A DNA stretch of 59,441 nucleotides, filler included, from Bipalium vagum (Eukaryota), in assembly GCA_037834085.1 (NCBI GenBank). It is 3 parts of 3 records of this genome, joined end to end, with 100 filler letters (N's around TTAATTAATTAA, not from the genome) between each part and the next. Parts side by side here need not be neighbours in the genome. Positions count along the whole stretch, not along the records: positions 1 to 16,834 come from JBBMKC010090967.1; positions 16,935 to 42,420 come from JBBMKC010193831.1; 1 more part is not named here. One strand, 5' to 3'. The notes under the pieces are model-generated. The model searched no databases. It was not told the origin of the DNA and saw only the letters and a program-made list of their open reading frames with translations. Position 1 is the stretch's first letter. Every line of letters begins with the position of its first letter. Both the position numbers and the translations under genes were made by a program. Shown in pieces: positions 12,261-24,581 of the stretch.

Positions 12261-15200
12261 TCAAATGTTCTGAAATTCTTCCATCAACTTTTCCAAGTCA
12301 TTTTTCAGTTTGTGATGGTTCTCTTTTTCCATTTCTATTTGATCTGGACCAGAATAAAGGAGATTAGAAAATGAATTTTAATGAAAAAAATTCGTTACAA
12401 ATAAGAGTTTTAATTTTAAAACATATCAATAATAACCTTCGAGTTGTTCAAGTAAAGCAGTTTGCTTCTTGTATTCATTTTCTTGAGTTATTAATCGTGA
12501 AGTAGCCTAAAATCACATGAAAATTATTTTAAATAAAAAGTTGTCAATAATATATATTTCTGACAACTTTAATATTGACAATAATAAGTGAACTTAATAA
12601 ATCGATTCAGCTTTTACATAAAAATAAATCTGACCAGCTTTATGATTTTTATACGGTAACTTTGACTTTAACAGACCTTAAAGTATGATTGCTACATTTA
12701 ATTTACAGAAGAATGTGATAAAGATGAATGAAACAGAGAAACAAGTTACAACCGCAAGGATAAAAGATTAAACGAAAAACGACAAAACCGAAGTAAGTAT
12801 CCGTAAATTCTGTGAAGACATATTCTTTTCCATTTATATTACCACACGTTTCAGGATATCTTTTGATTATTAATATTCACTTTAGTCTTTAACAATCTGG
12901 CTGCCAGTGATGACCTTCGCTAACCGACGTTTTGTAATAGTAAACACCTTAACTCTATATCTTCGTAGCGTTATATATATAATTAAGCGTCTTAATTCCA
13001 ACTGAAAAAAAAACCTTCTGAATAAAAAAATTATATCGACGAAGATGTGTTAAGATTTCGAGATGTATCTTCAAATAAAATATATTTAAAACCGAAATCA
13101 ATATTAACTTGTATAACTAATTTTAGATTGATTCCTTTCAATGAGTGTAGGCCAAGATTCGGATCATATACAGATTTGAGATAAGCGGTGATGATTTAAT
13201 GATCTCAGAAATATCAATACATTTCCGCAAGATCACGAATGTTTAAGATCAATGCAATAAAAATGAGATTAAGATATCAGTCAGCAACTCAGCTTTGTGA
13301 GATGCACATAACAGATAGTTACTCATCAGTGAGTGAACAAAAATCAAGTCGATAATAATGTATTATTCTGTCTTTATGTGCACATCTAATGTTGATGTTA
13401 CAAAAAATCTCAATAGACGTTGCTCAAATTGATTTACAATCTAATGAAGAGCCGCTGGCGATGAATTTGAATGTTTAATAAAAACGTGATTATTGAGTAT
13501 CGAATTAATACGATATTCAGCTTTCAGTTAGATGAATACCGAAGAAAGTTTACAAACTACTACAATCAATTTTTCCTAATTCTTAAAGACTACATCGTTG
13601 ATCCTGGTTCATCTGAACCTAATAATGTTAAAATGAATTTCTGACAATGTGTAGGTGTGATGTTTAATTAATCAAGACAATAACGTACATCATTCAGCTG
13701 AAGAGTAACCTTGTTGATTTGTTTCTCGTAGCCTTCTTCTCTTGCGGTTGCCTTGAAAACAATTCATAAATTATTATAATCAACAAACTCAATAGATTAC
13801 TTTTGATTCATTCAATTCCAAAGATTTCAACGTGTAAGAAACACCGTGCATTTCAGAATCGGTTTCCTTTAATCTCCTTTTGTTAAAAAAATGAAGTAAA
13901 GCATAGCAAAATGTCAATAAAATAAAAAAATGTCCAGACGGCACAAGCCGGACGCTAATACATCAAAAACATTAGAACTTATTTATCAAACGACGTCTAT
14001 TTTCTGTGATTATTATTTACGTAACATATTCCAAAACATAAAATTTCACATTCCGGGTAACACCGATTGCAATTCCGAATTTACAAATCACTACTGTCGT
14101 TGACAACACAAATGAAAGCCATTCTTTCCAAAAATCACAAACAATGTCGTTACTCTCACAAATTCTGATAATATTCCCACAGTATTGATAAATATGACAA
14201 AAAATGATCTTTGTGAAACGCGAACTAAGATTATAATGATTGACACTGGATCAATATGTGGATAATAAACATGTATAGCCGAAATTTAATTATATGATAT
14301 ATTTTTTAAAAAGTCGACCGTATGAACAATTAACAATTGTTACATATCATGAATAGAAAACAATGAACAAGTCATGCAAACACATTCCACATTCAAGCTG
14401 AGATAGTAATAATAAAAATAATCAATAATAATAGTAATAATGAAAAACGAACATATCTATCAAATAAACACCGAATTTATAATAAACCATAGAACATTCC
14501 ATGCAAATACTTTCCTTAAATATGTGACAATGCAATATCTCACCAAAAAAGCACATAGTGCCAAAATTAGTCCAAAATCGCACAGTCTTAATTGAGAAAG
14601 CTCGCTAAAAAATGATCAAGAAAAATTCAATATTTGTCAATGTGAAAACTGGAAATAATTGAAATGGTTATTTGTCTCAGAATTCAACAAGACTACTAAA
14701 GCTGATTTGTCACCTACAACGCACACCACTTTGACCTTCAATACTATTTACAAAACCAAAAATATTGTCACTTAGGCACAATTGAAATGACAAAAAATGT
14801 TTATGAAAACTGCGGAACTAAGGGTGTATTCTAGTTATATTAAATAATCGATAAATAATCATTACAAAAATTGAAAACTTTTTTTACATTTCCTTGAATT
14901 AAAATATTTTACTATTATTGATCCCATAAATATCGATTAAAATTTTTTAAAATTTTGATTTATTTTATTATTATTATTATTATTATTAATATTATTGTCA
15001 TTATAATTATGAATTTTATTTTTATCACTAATTTTTAAAATTTGTTGTTTACTTTCATTTTAGTGATTGGTACAATCAATATTTTTATTCTCATTACTTT
15101 TATCATTATTTTTATTTTTCGTATGAAAATACTTATAAAATGTAATATTATCATTATCACTTTATTGCATTATCCAATCTTTCTTCAGCATCCACCAATT

Positions 15201-15763
15201 TGATTTCGGTTTCTTTCAGGTTTTTAATGATCTAGAACAAGAATTCATAAACCCTTTCTTAATATCATTCAGCAAGACTTCTTCATGTTTCTTGTTTGCA
15301 GAATCTCTTTTCTGAACGGCCTCATTCAACTGAGATTCGAGTTTCTCGATTTTTGCACTGCTTTCTATTTTACGACTCTCTAATCCTCTTCTAGTTCTTA
15401 AGTTCATTAGCAAATCAGGTTTAATGAATATTCCTTAACATTTTAGTTACCTTTCGTTGATGTCCGATCGCTTACTGGCTTCATCCAATTCGACAGTTGC
15501 CAAAGACAATTTATCATCAATATCATCGGTTTGTGATTCAAGATCTTTGATTTTTTTGAGCAAACAATCGATTTCTTGATCAATCTAAATCAATTTCAAC
15601 AGTGGCATTCTGAATAAAATAAAAGTACACTATTTTTTTTATTGCTTTCCTCTTGTAATAATTTATCCTTTTCCAATATTTTACCCTGCAAATCATCAAT
15701 TTCGTTTTTCAGATTTTGCAATTTTGTTTTGAAGGTATTAACGGCATTATTGCTGGAACTCAT
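12261..15763 (-). CDS. TPM: Tropomyosin (short isoform, 249 aa), 8 exons: 15763-15629, 15584-15451, 15396-15279, 15231-15161, 13876-13801, 13751-13689, 12506-12437, 12343-12261
   Basis: All introns GT-AG and the spliced frame is open from ATG to TGA. Exon lengths 135/134/118/71/76/63/70/83 match the canonical tropomyosin exon series. Heptad coiled-coil sequence, e.g. LDEASKRSDINER-TRRGLESR...ANKKHEE, TLKSLE, REEGYEKQI. Confidence 0.95.
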
Positions 15764-16834
15764 GTTTTGCAACTAAGTTTGTTTAACAATTTAAATTGTG
15801 ACTCAATCACTACACGAACTCAAACAATTACGCTTTTAAACAATCAATAGTTACTTTAATAAAATTATTATTGGAAATTTAAATTTTTAAATAAAATAAA
15901 TAAAACTTTGGGAGAAAATTTTATTTATTTCTTAATGTAATATTTTAATACATTTTGAAGCTTTAGACGAGTATCACGTAGCTTTAAAATTAAGTGAATT
16001 ATTAAGATTTCTAAGTGATAACTAATAAAATAAAAAAATCGATTAACATTATTTTGATTATTTCACTTAAAATTTTATAAAAATAAAATAAAATTTAAAA
16101 AATAAAACTAATAAAAAAGTGGTCAACTAAATTTAAACTGAAATTGCTAAAATATTTTATACAAACCATTTTCATGTCATTATTATTGTTATTTATTGTT
16201 TTCATTGTAGTTTGTGCGAACCATTTTGATATAAATAAAAATTATATTGCTTTACTGATTGTTGTTATTTCACACTACCTAAGAGTTGCAGTCTGGTTTA
16301 AAGTTTGATACACTAAATGTTGAATAATTTTAATATTTATTAACGAGGCTTTATCCAATTTACATTTGAAAAGGTCTTATACAAGTTCAAAGGCAAGAAT
16401 TAGGAACTCAAACAAGAACAGGCAGATCGTGTCTTTTTCTTAGCAGAATAATCATTTCTAGAATTGTGGAGACTCCAAGATCAAGATCAACAGAAAAAAC
16501 AGCAATCCAAATTCGTCCAACAACAACAAACTAACATGAAATATTTATCATAATATAATACTGTGATCCTTCTGAATCTAAATTTTAATTTGTAATCCTT
16601 CTAAATCTGAATTATGTTTATAATCGTATTGTGTTGTATATATGATCCAATAACAATAATATTTTGATACTTCTGAATTTGAATTTGAATTGTGTTGTAT
16701 ATATGCTTATGATCGAATAAAAATAATTTTTTTATCTGAATTTTATGTCTATTGTAATAAGTTTTAAAAATATATGTTTTCAATATGTAAATCGTAGAAA
16801 TATCGTTGGTTGAAACATAAAGAATAAAATGATG

Positions 16835-16934
16835 NNNNNNNNNNNNNNNNNNNNNNNNNNNNNNNNNNNNNNNNNNNNTTAATTAATTAANNNNNNNNNN
16901 NNNNNNNNNNNNNNNNNNNNNNNNNNNNNNNNNN
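16835..16934. other. Artificial contig-join linker
   Basis: 44 N + TTAATTAATTAA (stops in all six frames) + 44 N. Confidence 0.97.
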
Positions 16935-16989
16935 TAGGTCAAACATAAATTAAAATATATAACAACTATAACAACAAAACAAATCAACA

Positions 16990-17063
16990 TCACGCAGCAA
17001 GATCTACATTTCTCATTTTGCATAGCCAAATAAAGGTGATCATAAACTTTTGGCGGGGACTGT
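16990..17063 (+). mobile_element. Tc1-type 3' TIR of an element cut by the gap
   Basis: GGTGATCATAAACTTTTGGCGGGGACTG followed by TA. Confidence 0.6.
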
Positions 17064-18069
17064 ACATGAGTGTTTTATGCAGAATGATTGGTACATTGAA
17101 TTAATAAATTGATTTTGTATGTAATGAACTGTTATGAAGGACATTTGGTGATCAGATTACCAGAAAAATAATCATTTACCTTTTGTATTTCTAAATAGTC
17201 GGTTAAACAATTCTATTTTGTCAACTGTTCTTTTATGGTACAGGAAGTCTGAGTACTATACCAGGAGACTGAAATTGTTTTTGAAGTATTTTCATAAAAT
17301 CTTATATGTACTTCTATGCTACTATTGTATTTAAAATACGTTATTATTTCCAAAAAATGAAGAATTACAATTTTACTTTGACAGATGAAAATTTCACAAC
17401 ACCCTTCTACTATTATAAAGCAGAACATCATAAACAAAGAGAGAACTGGTATAATCTAAAATTATTTCTGGGTTTCCGGTTTAAGACTAGTTTATCTACA
17501 GTGTTTTTATCATTTATCCTTCGTTTATGAAGCTTTGTATTAGTACATTGGTGATTATCCGACTGGCTGAACAATTTGTAACAATTTGGATATACCATAA
17601 TAGATTCTGTTGTCGATTTTATGAGATTTTTCAATAAAAAAGTAGATTCTAATACATTTTCAATGAGTTACTGGCTATGGTGCGATTGATTTTACATCGA
17701 TGTCAGTTCAATTTTTATAAATGGTAATTCCCTATTGTCCAACTGTCAACATGGTTAGTTTGATTTTGAAATCATGAGTCTTCTGTAATTTTCTGTTTAT
17801 ACTTGATTCTAAAGCCGGCTCATGACTATACTTGCATTCTTTCACTCAATAATAATAAATAATGATCTTGATAAAGATATTTTTCATTGTTGCTGGTGAA
17901 AAATTAAATTTGTGGGCACATTCGACTATCTGAAATAGTATGGTATCCAATATAGAATGTCTTTTTTATAATTTAAAACTTTTTTAATTGTGTAGTCATT
18001 AATTTGAATGTTTTATAGCTTATTTAAAAGTTTAAAAAGTAATGTTTCCTATAAGATATTATGATTTTA

Positions 18070-18343
18070 TAATTATAACTCAGATTTTAAATCTATTTGT
18101 CTGAATGAATTTTAACTTCCACCATTAGTTTTACAAGTTATGAGAGACACAAATCTGTGCAATGAAGAACGTGGTAGATCAACTACAGTCATCAATAGTG
18201 AATATTTAAAAGTATTAGTCGAAAGAAATCCAAGTTCAACATTTTGAGAGTAAATGTTGGAACAGCTACATATCATTTAGCGTGGTTGGAAAGATAAAAA
18301 CTCGATAAATTGATTTCACTAACTTAACGATAATCAGAAATAT
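18070..18343 (+). mobile_element. mariner transposase N-terminal relic
   Basis: EERGRSTTVINSEYLKVLVERNPSST (cf. E.R.GRP..ID...LK.LVE.NP..T). Confidence 0.65.
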
Positions 18344-18515
18344 TGTAATTATATTCTTGTGTTGTTATTTTTATAAAAATATAAGATCAAAGCAATAATA
18401 ATATATTTTTACTAAATCCGATTACTTAAACAAACTTTTCAAACATGGACTTTACCTTTTTAACATTAAATTATTTACTTTATAAAAATTTACCAACATT
18501 TATTTAACTTACATT
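18344..18515 (-). repeat. Partial Gypsy LTR, homologous to 41586-41895
   Basis: Reverse complement aligns by eye with 41735-41890 (CCATGTTTGAAAAG...AGTAATCGGATTTAGTAAAA...GATCTTATATT...CAAGAATATAA) and ends in TTACA. Confidence 0.8.
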
Positions 18516-18519
18516 AATT

Positions 18520-19662
18520 AACGTTTTATCATCGGTTGGCAAAGGGATTCATTAATTTTAGTAAATCAGTGGGTAAAGAATCAATTAGTGATCTTGTTTC
18601 ATTTTTGCCTAGGTATGGAAAGCTATTGCATAAATATTTGTTTTCAATATCAAGCCAAAATTTTAATCCAAATTTATCAGGCTTGTTTGACATATATTGG
18701 ATAAATTTACACCTAGCCTTACAAGCTAATAACTGCTCGTCAATTGTAATATTCTCATGAGGAGTATAAGCTTTTTGAAAGTTTTCTATAAATGAATTCC
18801 ATAGGTTAGAAACTAAACAAAACTTATCTGTTTCCAAATTCTTTCTCCTTTCACTTTTGAGATCAAATCGTAGGTTTTTCATTATATCTGAAAATTTATC
18901 AAGATTTATCCCACATATGTGCTATTGGTAAATTTCTTCCTCCAATTACTCCTCTAGAAATAATAAGACTAATTGATTTGTATAAATTATCCAATGTGTT
19001 ATTATCCCTTTGAGCTTCCGCAATTGTACATTTTAGAATACTTCGCATCATTGCTTCACTGAAAAATAATCGGAATGCTGAAATATGACTTCCTTCTTTT
19101 ATTCTCGTTAAGTAATATGTCGTCGGACCCGGGTTGAAGTACTTCACATTTTGGAATTTTTTCTTTCCACGAGTTGCTACACCTGCCTACAAAAAATGCC
19201 ATTGGTGCCATCTCTACTCTTCATGGATCCTATGGCTGGCTTGAAGCACTTGAAATAGATGTGATTTCAAAATCATCGTCATGGTCATTATCAGATTGGT
19301 CAGATGGAATCTCTCAATTTCTGTATTGAGTTCGAAACATTTAAAATTTGTAGTTTTTTGTTAATATTAAAACAAAATAATAAAAAATGCAATTAAAGTT
19401 CGATCTTATATAATTTTAAATAAATTTATACAGGTTTATTAAAAAAAATATTCATGACATCAATTGACGCCTTTCATGTTTATAGGTAGTGATGCATTTT
19501 TATGAAAACTACGAAAGATATTTCATAAAATTCTTCAAATATAGTTAAATCTTGATAAAATAAAAAAACTCAAATTTTTAAAAAAATTTTTATATACGGT
19601 TTTAAAGATATTAACGTTTTAGTATGTAAATGTGTCAATTGACGCGCGCCGGGTTTCTTGTG
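18520..19662 (-). mobile_element. piggyBac (PGBD4-like) transposon, 5' half
   Basis: ORFs with ITIDEQLLACKARCKFIQYMSNKPDKFGLKFW. Terminal TTAA at 19663-66 next to a GC-rich TIR, with subterminal repeat TCAATTGACGC. Confidence 0.93.
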
Positions 19663-19669
19663 TTAAAAA

Positions 19670-20480
19670 ACCGTAACTTTATAATTTTGAAAAACTTTGA
19701 ATAAAAATATTTAATAATTGTTAATTTAGGCTTGAGGTCCTTATTTAAAAAATACAGGGAACTAATTATTCGAACTACTCCTTATAATTGTCATTTAAAA
19801 GTTTCATCGTCACTAGTTTTACGCAATCAAAATGAACCATTTTTTGAACGAGTGTGCGATAAAAAATGTATACTCTATAATAACCGTCGTCAATCAGCTT
19901 AATGGCTTGATAAAATTGAAGAGCGAAAAAATTTTCTCAAACTAATTTTGCATCCAACGAAGACAATAGTTAATAATTTTGTAATTCAAAATTAGATTAA
20001 TTCGTTGTAACTTTTTGAAACGCAGTGAAACCATTAACACTGGAAAATATTGCTCTGAAATAGACGAAATGCTGAAAAAATTGTATGAAAATCCCGGCTT
20101 TAGTGAATCGTATTCTGATTTTACGTCACGATAATACTAGATCACATGTTGTCGGCTGACTTTAAAAGTTGGATCGGTTGGATTACGAAGTTCTGGGTCA
20201 TCCATGTTATTAATCAGGTTTATCCCCAAGTTGCTTTCTTTTTTAAGCATCTGGACTTTTTTCCATCGGAAAAAGTTAACTGAACATAAGTGAAAATGAT
20301 ATTCAAATATTCATCGATTCCATAATTCCAAATTTTTATGTTACTGGCATAGATAAACTTATTTGGCAATGGCAAAAATGTAATGATTCTATTGGTGATT
20401 ATTTTTCTTAATAAAAATTATTTTTAAAATGACTTTTGATTGATTAAACCTAAGATTGAATAAATGATATGTAATCCTAA
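19670..20480 (+). mobile_element. mariner (DD34D) internally deleted copy
   Basis: LRNQNEPFFERVCDKKCILYNNRRQSA*WLD, HDNTRSH, LGHPCY..GLSP. The 5' region resembles 26425-26490. Confidence 0.88.
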
Positions 20481-21149
20481 ATAATGTACTTTATCAATAT
20501 TCGTTGCACGTGATCTACAACCAAAATCATAAACAACCAATAAGATAAGAGGTTCGATGACCATTAAGGTTCATAAGGGTATTTTTTGGTAAAATACTTC
20601 TCTTGGTTTTTCTAACATTATACATTAATTCTTTCTCATGATTGAAAGTGAAATCAATGGGGCAGATCACATGTAATTTCAGTTTGGTATAACCAGCATA
20701 ACCCATCACAACTAACCATGTTCATTTTCCAAAATCTTTCTATTTTATCTTACCCAAGTGAATGGAAAACTAAACATGATCCCATTGTTATAAGGTTTTA
20801 TTATTTAAAAATATAAATTACTAAACTCAATTATTTTTTATTAGCTTTTTAAAATAAAAAAGTTACTGTTTTTAATAATTTCTCTTTTATATTTTCACAT
20901 ATTTTTAATAATTTGATTTTTTATCATTTATTAATTTAATTATTTGTTCATTTTTTAATTACTCTAAAACCTGAAATAATGCCTTTCTCTTTAATAAAGA
21001 CAGGCGGTTTTTCGAAATTTTAGTAATAAAGTACCCTTCCCTTTAAGTATTTGTTCTTGATATTCAAGTAACTCTAAAAAATTATAAAAGTGAATTCTAT
21101 TAACAATAAATACATTACTTAATTTTTTTCTGAAAAATCCATGTCAGAA

Positions 21150-21931
21150 TAAACAGTTAAGCATTGAGTTTTATCAGTTAAATCGTTGAAGAAAGATGAA
21201 TTTTTAGATAATTGATAAGAAGATCTGAATAATCTTTAAAATTCCTAATTTTAAATTTTTATTTGATTAGCTCCGGGTTTAATAAATCCTAACTTTCTTT
21301 AGCCTTTCCCCATTACATCATTGAAATGTAGGACTGTCAGAAACTAATAAAATATAATTATAAAGAACAGACCTTGCAGGAAACATGTCTTTAAAGACAT
21401 GAACAAGACTTTCTTTTGAACAAATGTATTAATCTTTTGATCATACAATAAAATAATTGACAAAAAAAAACTTATGTTAAAAATATTTTTTATATTAATA
21501 TATATTTTTAATCTTGTGAACATCATAAATTTATTTTTTAAATCGACGCATTTCAATAATTTTGAACAAATTTTTTCCAAAAATTTATTATCATGAAACA
21601 TATTTCGAACTATTACCAGTTCATCATCAGTCATTCATATTTAAAACAACACACTTACATTATCTAAACGAATGTCTAATTTTATTTTAAAATTTTGATA
21701 AAAAAAATTTTTTTAATTAATTTGAGAAAACATTGACTATTCATTGGTTTTTACTTTCTCCAGTTGCCGCTCTTTTATTAATAACGATTCGCATATCTTC
21801 CGTTCATCATTATTATCAAAATTATTCATAAGTATTCGAAATTCTTCAGCGTTAACTTTGCTTTTTCGCTAACACAATTCAAAGAATGATCCAACACTTT
21901 ACTCGTTCTGCTTAATTGCTAATGTAGACAT
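21150..21931 (-). pseudogene. Intron-containing gene or gene fragment, unknown product
   Basis: Open exon-like stretches (RKSKVNAEEFRILMNNFDNNDERKICESLLIKERQLEK; RNMFHDNKFLEKICSKLLKC) bounded by gtaa.../...ttag. Full frame not reconstructable. Confidence 0.35.
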
Positions 21932-21952
21932 TTATATCTAGACTTATACATA

Positions 21953-23342
21953 CAGTATGTAGATAATAAAGTAATTTATGTAACATAAATTATTGTGTTC
22001 ACAACTTACACAATAATTTTTGCAATTTTATAATCTGTTACATACAAATGGAAAAACAAATGTGAAATTATGTTTCAAGTTCAAAATATTTAATTTTAAA
22101 AATGTATTGTTTTAATTCTAATACTGTCGATTTTTGTTTATGGAAACTAATAAAATGCAGTTCAATTAATTTTACTAAGTATACATTTATAAATCTGTGA
22201 AAAATTGGGTATATAATTAATCATCAGTAAGTAATCCTTCGTTTTAAAAACATATTTCAAATTTTTAGAATTATTATTTCTTAATATCTGAGAAATGAGA
22301 TGCAAACCAATACCACAAAAAATTGCGATAAGAATGTATTTTTCAAAGAAAATAAAACGCCTTTGAAAAATATTGTAGAAAAAAATAATCTTTGTAATTC
22401 CACAATCAATTCCATCATAAGTAATTATTCAAAAATTGGAACAACAGATAACAACCCGAAGCCTGGGATTAAGCGGTGCACATCAGAGAGACAAAATCGA
22501 GTCATTTTGAGGAAGAATTTTATTAATAGACGTTATCTGTACATAAATTAAAAGAAGACTTGTCATCTGAGTTAAAAATCAACATATTTTTGATGAAGAC
22601 TTTGAGAAGAATGCTTAAGGAGGCAGGTTTAAAAAATAAAATAGATAAACTGAAACCACTGATTAGTAGTGTCAACCGAAAGAGGATTTACTTTTGGGCG
22701 AAAAAAAAATACCCCAAATGGACATTAAGACAGTGGAAAGTAGTTCTATCGTCAGATGAGACAAGACTTAATCAATTTTGGTCGGACTGAATCATTTGGA
22801 CTTGGCAAAAGAAAGGAGACAAATGGATACCACAATGCACTCGATCAACAGTAAAACATGGAGCTACTTTTATATCGGTTTGTGGATTAATTTCTGGAAA
22901 TGAATGGGTAATTTTTAATTCATAATTATGACAAAGGAAGCTTACAATAATTTTTTGGTTATGAATTTGTCTTAATCAGTTAGTAAAGCCGGACTCAAAC
23001 GTCCATTTGTATTTCAGTAAGATAACGATCTAAAGCATACAGCTGCAATTAATAAGAAATGGTTGGTTGATAATAGATTGGCCTTCACGGTTATTTGATC
23101 TCAATATTATTGAGCATTTAAATATATAAAGTTAGAGTAGGAAAATGGGAACCCAGAAACGTTGAAGAAAGGAAATTATTTTAAAAGAAGAATGGTATAT
23201 TATCCCCCAAACGAATCACAGTTGTTGTTAGGAGCTGTGGACGCAATACAAATATTAAAAGTGTTCGTATGAATTAAATAAATGTCTTAAGTTTAGATTG
23301 TTTTACGTTATTTATTTTTACATAATTTACATCTGCATACTA
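21953..23342 (+). mobile_element. Near full-length degraded Tc1 element
   Basis: TIRs CAGTATGTAGAT.../...ATCTGCATACT. KPLISSVNRKR..WAK, WKVVLSSDETR, TVKHG, FQ*DNDLKH. Confidence 0.9.
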
Positions 23343-23400
23343 AAAGTTTTGTAATTCTTAAACATTTAAATAAATTTTTACTAATTTAATTGTAATATAA

Positions 23401-23919
23401 CTCCGGAATTATGGTATACCTTTCAACAAAAGTGGTATATTATCGTGATTATAAAAATAAATTGGCAACTGTCATTACATTGTTATAGTAAATACTCATG
23501 ACAATATAACCTGAAATATTTGACTTAAGCAATATCATTCTTAGTTAAAAACTTAACGCTCAAACATCAGTGTTTCTTGAGACAAATGAAGACGAATATG
23601 GAAAATTCTGAAGGAGATTTGTTAAACTTAGAAAGAAGGGATTCCAAATATAAACAATTAACCAAAGAACAACGTCAAGGTATATTAGAAAAATTATTAC
23701 AGCAGATGAAGGAGATTAAGCTAAAACGCGGTGCAATTAATGAAGTTGCTACTGCGTTTCGAGTTTCCAGGCTAACCGTTAAAGCCAAATCAAATTTCGA
23801 GTGAAAAAAAATCATTCTTATTTAATTAAAATATTTCAAATAAAATTAATATAATATACTTTTCATGTACAATTTTTTATTTCTTCGCAAATGTATACCA
23901 TATTTTCGGACGGAAGGAG
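23401..23919 (+). mobile_element. Deleted DD39D (plant-mariner/Stowaway-type) element
   Basis: Right TIR reverse complement TA-CTCCTTCCGTCCGAAAATATGGTATAC and left CTCCGGAATTATGGTATAC. ORF 23577-23804 KQLTKEQRQGILEKLL...KLKRGAINEVA..F.VS..TV matches the Soymar/Osmar-type N-terminus. Confidence 0.75.
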
Positions 23920-24111
23920 TATAATATATAATATACATTTAATTTAATCTTGTTAATCGTTTTATCATAGGAGCACTTATAATATCTCGTTTTCCAATTA
24001 CTTACTTCGTTGTCCACATATTGAATATTTTTTGGGGTTGCATCACAACTCCTTAACTATTATAGATAGATATTATAATATTAATATTTCTAATATTGGA
24101 TTTATGTAATA

Positions 24112-24581
24112 CAGTGGAACCTCTCAAAAGTGACTACTTTTTTGAGTACTGGTCTCATTTTGAGAGGTGGTCACTTTCTGAAAAAATGTAAAGAATAATA
24201 AAATTAAAAACAAAATTGGTATGTCAAACATTTATTTCAAGAAATATTTTAATATATTTTCATTTGTTGGCTTGACAGACTGCATGATCGTATTTTCCAG
24301 TAAGTATATATCGTTTAAATTATCAGGGCAGTATTCAGTAGCATATTTTTTAAATCATACAAAATTCGATAGATATCATCTTTTTGAATCGAACTTGTAT
24401 CTTCATCAGGACTGTATATTTCTTCTTTATTGGTTGCTTTTAGATTATGAATAACATCATTTTTTATACTGGACATTTAGCCTTACTTTAACAAAAATTA
24501 AATATGGTCAATTTAATAGAGGTGGTCACCAAAATCTTGCGGTCACTTTTAAGAGGTGGTCACTTTTGATAGGTCCCACTG
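24112..24581. mobile_element. pogo/Tigger-type non-autonomous element (470 bp)
   Basis: TA-CAGTGGAACCTCTCAAAAGTGAC ... GTCACTTTTGATAGGTCCCACTG-TA, with repeated GAGGTGGTCAC subterminal motifs. Confidence 0.9.
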
